From positions 1 through 54,798 of the forward strand of contig NIVC01004213.1 of NCBI GenBank assembly GCA_002269645.1: a stretch of DNA of 54,798 nt. Direction: 5' to 3'. Positions 1-11,300 of this stretch are shown here, one piece after another. Within the stretch, counting starts at the first letter, position 1. Each line of letters opens with the position of its first letter. Both the position numbers and the translations under genes were made by a program. Below the pieces are notes generated by a model. The model was not told the DNA's origin, did not search any database, and was given only the letters and a program-made list of their open reading frames with translations. Origin of the DNA: Macrostomum lignano (Eukaryota).

Positions 1-679
1 GAGCCTGATTCAGGATGGAAGCTGCGATTTCCGAGTTGGAAGCGCTCAGGCAGAGAAGGCCAGTAGCAGACAGCAAAGCCGAATGTTATGTAAAAAGCTA
101 AACACGTTCATGGATGAACATCCCGAGGTTAGTTGCTTTGAAAGTCAGATTTCCTGTGGTTTCAGCTAATCTTCGTATTATACATGCTTTGAATTCAGAT
201 TTTCTAGGTCTTTTCGTCAATGCTTGTATTGCTTTTGAACGTCGTAACTTTTTAGGCATCGGCTTCACAAGTGACAGTCAATTTGCATGGACCATTTAAT
301 GGTTGCACGTTCAATACTGGAAAGTAAGTAGACGTTTGACTTTTAGACGATGAAAGTGTTTGAGCATTCGTTTGAGCATAATTAACAGGTTGTTTTGTTG
401 TTTCATCAATTCGAAGTATATTCCTGCGATGTATTGCTTTTGTCATGCTATGTGGAACTGGGGAAATCGAAAACGGAACGGCCCATAGGGTTCTATGGCC
501 CAGCACTTGAATCAACTCGAGACAGCAAGCCTTAGACAACTTAATTTGTCATACAATATGGTGCGGTGAGCCAAAATAGAAGGAACGATTTGAGCTTTTC
601 ACAGAGACAAGACGCTTTTATTTTCTAACGATTCGTCGAGCTAAGTTACGTTTGTATAAATGGCACCGCAAATTTCACG

Positions 680-1116
680 TCTGACAGCAAGTCCGAAGAA
701 AGACGAGAAGAGAGACGAAGACTTGTAAGGGTTCTCACGCCGAAAAACTCCCTCATGGAAAAAAAGTTTCCATGACTCCCTCTCTCTGATTGGCTGCCGG
801 AGAAATGACGTCAGAATAAGTCATGATGAGAAATATGAGAACGCCATGGCAACATGAGAAATGGGAAAATTGCGCATTCCGGCGAAAAACAGGCCAAAAA
901 AGACAAAAAGATGGAAGCAGGAGAAGCGGGTGAGGGGCAAAAGAAAAGGGGGCTCCAGAAAGGCACCTGTGGCGGAGTGGGAGACGGAGACGAGACAGTA
1001 GGAGGATGCAACAGAGCGGGAGTCAGCTGGCCTGGTCCAATGACCACTAGGAACACTTCGAAACTTTTGAAAAATTTCCCTCACCAGATCGCCGCGACCA
1101 GAGTGTGGTTACATAA
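680..1116 (-). mobile_element. Partial diverged copy of the LTR-like element at 1996-6832
   Basis: Reverse complement starts TATGTAACCACACTCTGGTCGCGG, versus TGATGTAACCACGCTCTGGTCGCGG at 1996. 770-890 matches the reverse complement of about 2785-2900, and 680-760 matches about 2940-3005. Confidence 0.55.
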
Positions 1117-1860
1117 AAATAAACTAAGCTGTAATTATAGATATTTATCCACTATTTTACTCGTAATTGGTCGTTTAGTTTGATTATATAAAAACTCCGG
1201 CCTGCAGGGATAACACACAGATTGTTTTAAAAAGTACTATATGGTATACAGCATTTTGCCAGCTAATCAAGTCTAAGAGCAAAAGCAGTTTCACCATCAA
1301 ATCTAAGCAGTTACCATTGATAACAGCGCACTCGGTGACATCGCCCAGCAACCATACAGCCAACCAACCAGTTGAGGCAATTCTACTCATTCCACCGAAT
1401 CCTGAGCACATACACAGGGCGTACAGCGGCCCTTACTACTTTCTACTCTTCAGGTTTGTACACTCTCTGTGCCTTTGGGGAGTTGGCCCTCCCGATGAAA
1501 ACGGTACCCAGGCCAAGAAGCGTCCCAGAGTCACTTGCGTCGCACCAGAGTCTAAACGACTCTAAAACGACGAGATGTCACGGTACAAACTGCCAAAAAA
1601 TTGTCAAAAGTCGCTCAAGAATCACTTTTGAAGCGTTTAATATCCTGCGACTCTGAAAACGACTCTGGGCACCTTAGGGCTCTTGTCACAATCTACAAGT
1701 CGCCAAAAAGTCTAGTGTACTTGTGTTAGGAGACATTTAAGCGCTAGTAGAACGACTCTTGGACCACTTTTAGCGACTTTTCTATTTTAGGCAATGAATC
1801 TTTAGCGATTCCTGTTACGGTAACGTTTTCAACAGGTTTACCAGTAGGCTGCTCTGCCCC
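1117..1860. repeat. Interspersed repeat, copy A (unclassified)
   Basis: Colinear with 25571-26468 from AAATAAACTAAGCTGTAATTATAG to CTCTGCCCC; many CGACTCT/GTCGC motifs. Confidence 0.85.
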
Positions 1861-3439
1861 ACTCTGCCCAATTCAATGATCATTCTATTTCAAGCAGATT
1901 ACAAATAGAATACAAGTGTACCCTTTTACCTAGTATTTTGAAACTCTGCTTAATTCAAATAACTCTTCAGTATTATCAGTCTCAGTTCTTGCTATTGATG
2001 TAACCACGCTCTGGTCGCGGGATAGGGCATGGGAACTTTTTCGAAAGTGCCTCCTATCCCGTGCACCCCCTGCACAGAGCTGTCGGGACTCGGCCAGGTC
2101 TCCGACCAGGCCTGGAGACTCCTGCTCTGCTGCACCCCCCCCTGCTGTCTTGGTTCCGTTTCCCCTGCCGCCACACCTGCCTTTCCGAAGCTCCCTATCC
2201 CTCTCTGTACCTCCCCTCTCCCCTATCTCTTCTGTTTTCCGCCCTAGTCTTCTTGTACTTTCCCTATCCCCCCTCTTTTTGTCTCTCTCTGCACTCTTTT
2301 CCTGCGCTGTCCCCTCTTTTTCTGTGTCTACTTACAGTATTTTGTGTGCTCACCGTCTCCCCATCCCCTCTCAAACTCCCAAACGGTGACGCAAGTCGTG
2401 TGACCCCTTCTCCCCCTCGGTGACTCATCGATGACTCACCCCCCTCTCTTGCGCAACCTTTTCTCATGCTATTGTTCTCCTCCGCAAATTTCTCATGCGA
2501 CACCCACCCCACCTCCGCTTCTATTGTTCTCGTTTTTTATTCTTTTGTTCTCTTTACCCCCACCAATTATCACATTTTCTCCGATTTTCTCTTTCTTTTG
2601 TTCTCTTTTTCGCACCTAATCATCACCTTTTCTCCAATGTTTACTTTTCTATTGTTCTCGATTCTCCCCAATTATCCCCGATTTCCAATTCCTTTGTTCT
2701 CGACCCCAGCCCCATTGTTCTAAATGTTTGCTTGCGCAACACTTTCGCGACATCCCGCTGCGCCAATTATCCCCCACCCCACCTCCGGATTGCGCAATTC
2801 TCCCATTTCTCATGTTGCTATGCCGGTCTCATGCTTCTCATCATGACTCATTCTGACGTCATTCTGCCGGCAGCCAATCAGAGAGAGGGAGTCATGGAAA
2901 CGACCTTGGAGCGGCGGCTGGGAAGGCTATAAAAGGAAGCGATTTCGGCATGAGAATCCTCAGACTGTTCGTCTCCTCGTCCTTCTTTGGACTTGCGGTC
3001 AGACATTGGTCTGACTTTCCCGTCTATAAGACGAACCCCTGCCGGTCCGCGGTCTGTTACCGCCAAGTTATCTTCAGCTCTCCAAGTGAGCTCGCCTATC
3101 GGCCAGCGGTCTGATACCGCCCAGCATCATCAGCATCGCCTGATCTACATCAGCGCCTCGTCGCTTCAGCGCATCGCCGCTTCACTGTCTGCCTGACTGC
3201 AGCCTACAGCCGCCCTCGGTCACACTCCGCCTCTCTCTCTCTCTGTGCAGCTGCCGGTAAGTTCCTATTACTAATTTGTGCTCTGATCGCCTTTGCTTAT
3301 CCGGGGTTTGCCTATTTTCCATTGCTTGATTAGAGAGCTGAGCCAATTGTGATACTGTAACTTTTTGCTGTATTTTACTCAATAGTGAAGCCGCCTAATT
3401 GCCTGAGTATTTGCCTAAGGGCCTAATTATTAACTATTA

Positions 3440-6400
3440 ACTAACCTCATCATTATCCACTCTTTCACCATCTTTTCACTCATGGCTTGCTAAGCCTTTC
3501 TCCCGGGGTGGCAAAGCATAAGGAAGTTTGGGTAAGCTAATGGCCTCTCCCCGTGCAAAGCCCGCCTGTGAGTGCGTGCTGCGGGGCCGTGTGTGCGTGC
3601 AGTAGAGGGATTAGCGAGTCTTGGCACAGAATGGCAGCAGGGAGGTTGCAACCCCATGCTGACGCGTCCCTTCGCCCTGAGCAATCTAAACCATAGACAG
3701 TACATGTTCGCCTCATACTACTCTTAGTAATCAAAGTCGCAAGTTAGCCTCGCTCACAGCCACAAAGGATCCCCTGCTGAGAAATCCTCCAGATTGAGCC
3801 CAGAGTTCCCGATCATGCCCCAAGCAGAGTCCCTGTACTCGGCTGCATGTGTCTCCCCTGTTAGCCTAAATCTCCTGGTAACCATCCCAGGCGGGGCTCT
3901 AGCCTCGAGAGGTCTGGTAGTGAGATCCAGGTGTGCCAGGTCACATAGAGTGGTGGCAGCCACTCGGTCATACTATGACTTACTTGACTTAGCTGCAGGG
4001 CTGTCCCGAAGGGGACACAGCGGGAAGGCGCGGGCGCCCATTCCGCTAGTCCCTGAACGGCCGACGCGTCGCTATGGACGGAGGGTTGGCGCCGCCCAGG
4101 GAGGTCCCCCAGTGTCGCCAGCAGCTATGGTGCTCTCTGGAAAGGAGAGTTCAGCCCTGCGGGTGGCCCGAAGGTAGCGCATGAGCTGATTAAAGTTTTC
4201 GGGTTTGCACGCTTCAGTAATAGATGTGTGTGGCCCGAGGTAAGTGAGTCTGGCCCGCGTGAAGGCGGGACAGATGCTGACGAAATGCTCAGCGGTTTCG
4301 TCACCTGAGTTGCAGAAGCTACAGGTGGCGTTGGTGGCGTTGCCCTGCAGTTACTGGTGCCTGGAGAAGCAGCCGTGACCAGAGAGGGTCATGGTGGCAG
4401 CCCGGATGTCTCTGCGCGAGAGGCGCAAGAGGAGCTTCCGGAGCTGGTGAGAGGGCTGAGGGACAGCGCCTCTGGATTGCCTGCAGTTCGTGCGGTTCGC
4501 CCAAGTCGAGCGGTGCTGAGTCCTGATCCACGCTTTGATGCGCGAGTCGATGACACAGCCAGGAATCGGGACAAGAGGTTCGGGGCCGAGAGAGGAGCCG
4601 GAGGCACCAACTTTTGCAAGGGTGTCAGCCAACTCATTTCCTCGGATCCCCACATGCCCCGGAACCCACTTAAGGGTAATTTTGTTGGCGGAACCCAACA
4701 TGTTGAGGAGTTTGATACAGTCGAGGACTGTAGCAGAGTTGGTGCTGCAGCCACTGATGGCGTGCAAGGCAGCTTGGCTGTCCGAATGGAAAATGATGTT
4801 CTTACCAGTAACGCCAGTGGCGAGAAGCTCTGCAGTGCAGGAGCTGATGGCCAGAACTTCATTTTGGAAAACACTGGAGTTGACCCCAGTGTATTGAGCG
4901 TGGGTAGCGATGACCCTCCCGTTCAGAAAGATTCCAACACCAAAGCCGGTGTTGGCTGACTGCTTAGAACCGTCGGTGTAGCAATGAAGCTCACCAGGGT
5001 TCCATTGGTCATTGATGTTATCGCGCGAGTCGATAGCTACGGAGTAGCGCTGTCTCAGGTTGAGCGTTGAGGCAATGCCATCGGTGAAGACGCGATTGGC
5101 CTGACACTCGTTGAGAAAGTTGAGGCACAGATCGCTATGCGGGACAAGGTTCCGCTTAGCAGGTGCTCTCATGTAAATGAATTTGACGCCGGCATCAATT
5201 AGACGCCGCGTCGTTCTAGCCGCCTCACCCCTGATGAAGAGGTCAAGAGGCGGAAGATTAAGGAAGGCCCCCATGCCAGCAAAGGGCGTGGACCTGGTGG
5301 CGTTGCAGATGAGCCTACACGCTCTGCCTTGGATCGTGTTGAGCAGGTCTGCATGGCTTTTGACCTGGGTAGCGCTAACCCAGACAACAGAGGCGTACGT
5401 AATGGCAGGTCTAACTACGGAAGTATAGATCCACCAAAGCCGCTTTGGGGATAGACCCCAAGAAGTGCCAAGTGCTCGTCGGAGCTGGGCCAGGATGGCT
5501 GAGGCACGCTTGGCTTTTGCTTTCACGTGGGAGGACCAGTTGAGCCGGTGGTCAAGTATGACCCGAGACATCTGGTCTGGTGCGCGAAGGCAATATCTCT
5601 GCCGTAGAGCTGCAGAGGACGTATGTTCCAGCGTAGTCTGCTGGTAAACATAATGGCAACGGTTTTGGGCTCAGAGAGTTCCAGACCATTGTCATTGGCC
5701 CAGGATTCTGCTTTGCGGATAAAGCTCTGCATCAGATCCCTGAGCGTGCTGGGAGACGGTCCTGCCACAATGGCCGTGACGTCATCAGCATACCCGACTT
5801 TGAAGACGGGGTCGGGTCGGGAGTCACTCAAAAGAGCGTCCATGACCAGGTTCCAGAGCGTCGGGGTGAGGACTCCGCCTTGGGGTCCACCCTTACAGAC
5901 TCTGGTGGAGGCAGTTTGCCCAAGAAGTTGGGCAGTGACCGTACGGTTGGAGATCATGTACATGATCCACCGTATGAGGGTAGCATGAGCTTTGCGATTT
6001 TGAAGGGCCCTCTGAAACGCTTCAAAGATAACGTTGTCGAAGGCGCCAACAATGTCAAGAAAGAGAGCCAGAGCGTAACCGTCACCCAGTACCGCCCTTT
6101 CAATCTTCTCGACAATCGCATGCAAGGCGCTGTCAGTCGACCTCCCGGTACGGAAGGCGTGCTGATTATTGCTGAGGGGCATCGCTGTCAGCTCGCAGGA
6201 CAGCAGCCGCCAGAGAATAAGCCTCTCAGTGAGCTTAAGCATTGCTGACGTTAAGCTAATAGGCCGGAAGGTTTGGGAATAAAGACTACCCGAGCTTCAG
6301 TCCAGCATTTGGGAACGTATCCCAGCTGGATAGAGGCCCGCATAAGATTGCGGGTGAGTCTCAGGAACGAGGGTATCTTGGCTGCTTCACGAAGGAGAAC

Positions 6401-6600
6401 AGGGTAGATACCATCAGGTCCAGGAGATTTGAAGGGTTTGAAGGTTCTGACCGCACGAGCGATTAGGTCTTCAGTGACAATGCCCGCCGCTAGGGTGGCT
6501 CCATCCATCGAATGGTTGGGCTCCGGTCTAGCAGTAGGTACCCTCGGGAAGAATGTGCTAAGCATATGCTGAAGCACTTCTTCAGGGTCTTTAGGGTCAT
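3440..6600 (-). mobile_element. 5'-truncated non-LTR retrotransposon with RNase H (LOA/Lian-like)
   Basis: RT, RNase H and CCHC motifs at 4072-6590, with a probable 3' UTR down to about 3440. Boundaries approximate; no TSD found. Confidence 0.85.
4072..6590 (-). pseudogene. Disrupted RT-RNase H-zinc knuckle ORF of the LINE
   Basis: Motifs SPGPDGI, FIPKP, FRPISLTS, FLDIVGAFD, GGPQGGVL, YADD, YTDGSK, SDSQAAL, WVPGHVGIRGNELAD and CSFCNSGDETAEHFVSIC. Lesions: deletion/frameshift near 6270, 1-nt loss at 5562-5564, premature TAA at 4351-4353. The frame then runs to TAG at 4072. Confidence 0.92.
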
Positions 6601-7485
6601 ACTATGACCGAGTGACCAACTATTGCACCTTGGCTACAGGTGGGGTCCATGTGGGTCCTTGGCCCTCTGGTCACAAAGCGCTACCAAAGCTATCAATCAT
6701 GTGGGCGGGACAGTCTGGTGCTGGAGGTCCGTCAGGCCATTGCCCGGTCATAGGCAGCCTACGGTCATTGCCCCCTCTAGTCATGCGTTCGTCTCCCTAC
6801 GGAGCGGACAGGCGACAAGGGCGGTTACATCACTATTAATTTATTAAAATTTCCACTGACTGTTACATGTCGTTTGAGTTTCTTATTAAGAGAAACACAG
6901 AGATTACTTAGGGAGAAGCTGGTGAATGAGCTCGCAGATTTTATTGGTTTTGACTATGCGCATTGAAATACAAATAAAGTACCATTTGCAGACACAGAGC
7001 TATTGAGCTACGTTAGGAAAAGAGCTCAATTACTTGTACATACTTGCTAGCTTGAAATTTGAGTTCAACTGAAAAGAGCAATAGGTTGAGCTACAATATA
7101 TCAAATTTGATAAAAATACGAGTACTCGTAATGCCACTGCTTGGAAAGAATTCCTAAGCTACAGGTAAGAAACTGAAAAATTAGCTGGCTTACAAAATGC
7201 ATCATGCTTAAAACACGTGCCTACAGTATGAAAATGAATCCTACAGTAATCACACTGAGCTAAATTCCATTGAAAATGTTTGCTAGAAAATCAAAGAGCC
7301 GAGACGCTGTCAGTTCGCTATGGGTCACCTGCCGGATTCTGTGCAGCACCGGACCGCTCCATCGAACCTCGGAGCAGCTGTGTCAGTCGTCTGAAATTTG
7401 TCACGAAGGGTAACTAGATGTTCAGTTAGTCGAGGAATAGGTGTAGAAGTCAAGGGAATGCGGAGTGCATATCTGCACACAGGTT

Positions 7486-7745
7486 GGGGAACTGTAGACA
7501 GCTGGGGAATTGTAGACAGCTGGGAAATCGTTGACAGCTGAGGAATTGAAGAAATCTGGGGAATTTTAGACAGCTGGGGAATTGTAGACAGCTGGGGGAA
7601 TTGTAGACAGCTGGGGGAATTGTAGACAGCTGAGGGAATTGTAGACAGCTGAGGAATCGTAGACAGCTGGGGAATTGTAGAAATCTGGGGAATTTTAGAC
7701 AGCTGGGGGAATTATAGAAATCTGGGAATTCTGTAGAAAATTGTA
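7486..7745. repeat. 18-19 bp satellite (GGGGAATTGTAGACAGCT)n
   Basis: Direct tandem copies visible. Confidence 0.9.
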
Positions 7746-8039
7746 GAATTCTGTATTGAACTTACTGTCAGGTTATTTCAGACTGTTGGGTGAATGTCAG
7801 TACCTGACCTGAGTGATATTGTCAGCTGAGAGCTTGGGGGAATGGAAAATGGCAGAGGGCATTATAGAGATAGCTCGTACTTAGGGAATTTTCATAGGCA
7901 GGTAAATCATGAGCATGCGGTGAATTAGGGCTGATCGATTGAGAATTGGCAAACGGCTTTTAACGGAAAAGAATCAAATTGGTTTGCATTCGAGTCAGCA
8001 CCAGATCATGCACGGGCGGTGACGTGACCGAACACTTGC

Positions 8040-8345
8040 CTGATTCCGGAGGAGTATTCGTGATTTCCAGTTTAAAATACACAATTTCCGAGGAGCCACC
8101 GCATGACTGCTTGTCATTTCGCGGACATCGATATGAACAAGTTTTGTTGAGTTCTCTTTTATACATCGCCGGAGGTAGTTCCGATTCGCAAAAGCAGCGG
8201 TCACCGTTAGCGATGGCGAAATATTTGAATCTGCCGTAGAGATCACGCTTCACACACTCGGTAGCGCAAATGAGGTGTGACATCTCATTCGATGTGAGGC
8301 TTACTATTCCCGTACCATAATATTGGTAGCATTGAATTGGAAAAT
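8040..8345 (-). CDS. WSC exon 7 (306 nt)
   Basis: TTTCAG acceptor; FPIQCY...MSHLICATECV...RCFC...CSYRC...SCGG; GCAAGT donor at 8039. Confidence 0.85.
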
Positions 8346-11300
8346 CTGAAACAGTTAAAATCAAAAGCATGGCAGGTAAAAACAAGTGCACAAGCAAGTG
8401 TTTGTGGTTGATAAAAACATGCAGAAATATTAAACTGCAGAACGTGAATCAGAATAGACTCAAATAGTAAACTCACTAGGAATAGCTGGATAGACCTTCG
8501 CTCCCTGCTTCTTTTCATCTGAAGAGGTGACGTTGTGGGTGAACTCAATAGAGAACATTTTACAACAGCTCGATCAGATTTTCAGGTCAAATGGAAATGA
8601 AACCAGGGAGAAAAGCTGGATGCTCTTAGCAGTTCTGACTAAGACTAAACATCCTCATTGCATAGTAACTGTAGACAGCTGGGGCAATTTTATACTGCTG
8701 GGTGAATATCAGATAGCTGGGCGAATATCTTAAGAGAGCTGGGTGAGTCGATGGCTGAGGGCATTGTAGATGCTTGGGAGAATTTTAGGCAGGTAAATGA
8801 CAGTGTTGGGCACAATTCCGATACTCCGATACTATGATACTTTCGGCGATACCTTTTGGGTATCGGAGTATCGGAAGTCGATACTTTTTTGACGGTATCG
8901 GACTTCGGTAACTTCCGATACAATTTTTTAATTTTCCCGATAGTCCGATAGTCCGATACTTTTAAAATTTTGAGTATGCAAACAATAAAATTTTTGTTAA
9001 AATGAATGAAATTGTTGCGTAATTTTACAGAAAGTAATGATAAATACTTCACTTTTTAGGTCAATGAAGCTGAAATAATTTATACTTTCGATCCTAAAGC
9101 AAGTTATTAGAACTTTTAACATAGCCTGCGCTCATACATACTTTTTTAATTAGCTTATAGTAATTAGTAATTATCATTAAAATGATATTATTTAGTCAAT
9201 TATCATGCTGCAAGTTTGCCGATCGATTCTACAATTTCTACAATAGCAAATACACTAGTGCTACGCTAGTAACTCAAGCAATCTAGTGAACGATGCGTAC
9301 ATATACAAACATACGTGCATGCGTACATGCATACAGCAATAAATAAATAAATCCACTATTTTGGAAGCATTTATTGGAAGGACAAGTTGAGTAAAGGGAA
9401 GAGAAGTGACGCGATTTACTTAGGTTTACATGTATAGAGAGCGGAGGGGCGATGTGTTGTCCAATCAGAGGTAAGGCTTTATAGTCTCTACCTCGGCTTA
9501 AAGCATTCGGTCTGGCTGAGTACATGTGTACATGTAAGTGCGCTCAACCCAAAAAACAAGGCTGAGGTTAAGCCTACTTCAAGGCTAAGCTTGCTTCATG
9601 TGCCTGAACAATCTAGGAGAAGGTCTGAGAGGCTTAAATTATCATCATCATCATCATCACAATCATTATCACATCATCATTCACATTCACAATCACATCA
9701 CAATCACAATATACTTATACTAAATCTCTAAGGTCTGTCTGACCGGTATTCCAGTCTACAGCCTGAATTCTTGAACCGATTTTTTCAAACTTTCTTTATT
9801 CAATTGCCAATGGGAAGTTGGTTAAATATTCGAAAAACGAGTTTTTTTAATGCTTTCAATGGAAAGCTAGAAAAGGTCAAAATCTCACTAACTGAATTTC
9901 AATTCCAATTAAGATTGCGCCACAACTTTTCTCTGTTCACTGTGTACGCCTCAATACTGGCTGCAATAAGGGCCGGAGAGGAAAATAATGCTCAGTGGCT
10001 TGCGTGTTTACATTCTGACCCTGGCTGACTGGCGGACTGCATTGACAATTGCTATTTATAGATTTCACTCAACTGTGTATTGGCTCTGCCTGCATACAAC
10101 ATGTGCACACTGAGCAGCCTATCAGTGCTATGTATTTGACTGCAGTGCCAAAGCATATATGGCTGATTTTTGCGCCCTCCGATCAGTAGGCGGAGTAGCC
10201 GCAGTGTAGGCACTAGGACTAGGTATAGGCTAGGCGTAAGGTCCAAGGTTCGAGTCTGCCTCTTCGGCAAATGATTAAAATTAAATTAATTTATTCATTT
10301 AAAGCTTGTGCCTCAACTAATTGGAATATTTTTGTTTAATTCCCAAGGCACACTTAATGAATAATTTTTGCCATACAAAATTATTTAAGTTCACTAAGAG
10401 AAAAGTTGATTTGTAAAAAACTGCTTCGAGTATTACTCATCGCATTAATGGGTATTGCCTAGCTCCATGAAAGTATGAAAATGCTAAGCTGCTAAATTTA
10501 TTGTTAAAATGAAGGCTGAATTGTGAAATTGTGTATCGAAAATTGATTAGTGAACCGTAATAAATGCTGAGAAAAAATTAGATTCTTGAAAGAATCCTTT
10601 ATTTCAGCTGAGGATACTGAGGAGCCGGCTGAGAGGAGAACTGCAGACTGCTGAGGGGAACTGCAGATTGGCGAAAAGATCATTCATGCAGACTGCAAAG
10701 GGGATAAACTGCTGAAGTAATTCCTCTAGCCTTATAAGCGTATAGCTGAAAACTGCTGAGAGGGACTACAGTTTAAGTGATTAAGTGCAGGTTGTTTAGG
10801 GGATTACTGTGGACTGCTGAGTGAATTATTGTGGTTTGCTGAGGGGACAGTTCTAGGCTGCAGAGGGGATAAATGCTTAATGTGGTAAAAGTTATAAATT
10901 CTGCAAATGGGATAACTCCAGGCTGCTAAGATAATGACTGCAGTCTGTTTTGTGGGATTAGAAGGGATAATTTCAGGTTGTTGTGGGGGATATCTCAGGA
11001 ATTGCTGAGATGTCATGGCTTTTTGGGGCAATTTGGGGCAGGATATGATCTTTGCTCCAGACTTATGAACGTATGGCTGCAAACTGCTGAAGTGGTAACT
11101 GTGGACTACTGTGGACTGCGAAGTAAATTTTTGTTTGCTGTGGGGTCAATTCTATGCCGCTAGAGTATGACTGCAGTCTGTTTTTTGGGATTTGAAGGGA
11201 TAATTTCAGGTTGTTGTGGAGACATCTCAGGAATTGCTGAGATGTCATGGCTTATTGAGAGAATTGCTGAGATGTCAAGGCTTATTGGGAGAATTGCTGA

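Larger units (their letters stand above)
1996..6832 (+). mobile_element. Solo-LTR-like element (TG..CA ends, 4-bp TSD) interrupted by a LINE
   Basis: Ends are TGATGTAACC (1996) and GGTTACATCA (6832). CTAT flanks both sides (1992-1995, 6833-6836). TATAAAA near 2929. About 1.6 kb after removing the LINE. Confidence 0.65.

Noticed and set aside
559-571. TGGTGCGGTGAGC resembling a tRNA primer-binding site
   Set aside because: No adjacent gag-pol or identifiable upstream LTR in this orientation; too short to support alone.
7797-7825. Candidate terminal exon of the WSC gene (ADNITQVRY*)
   Set aside because: Phase fits, but the sequence resembles duplicated intron DNA and nothing else supports it.
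9715-10270. Helitron-like ends or tRNA-SINE A/B boxes (GGTTCGAGTC at about 10245)
   Set aside because: Two incompatible readings, no second copy, no cloverleaf, no TSD.
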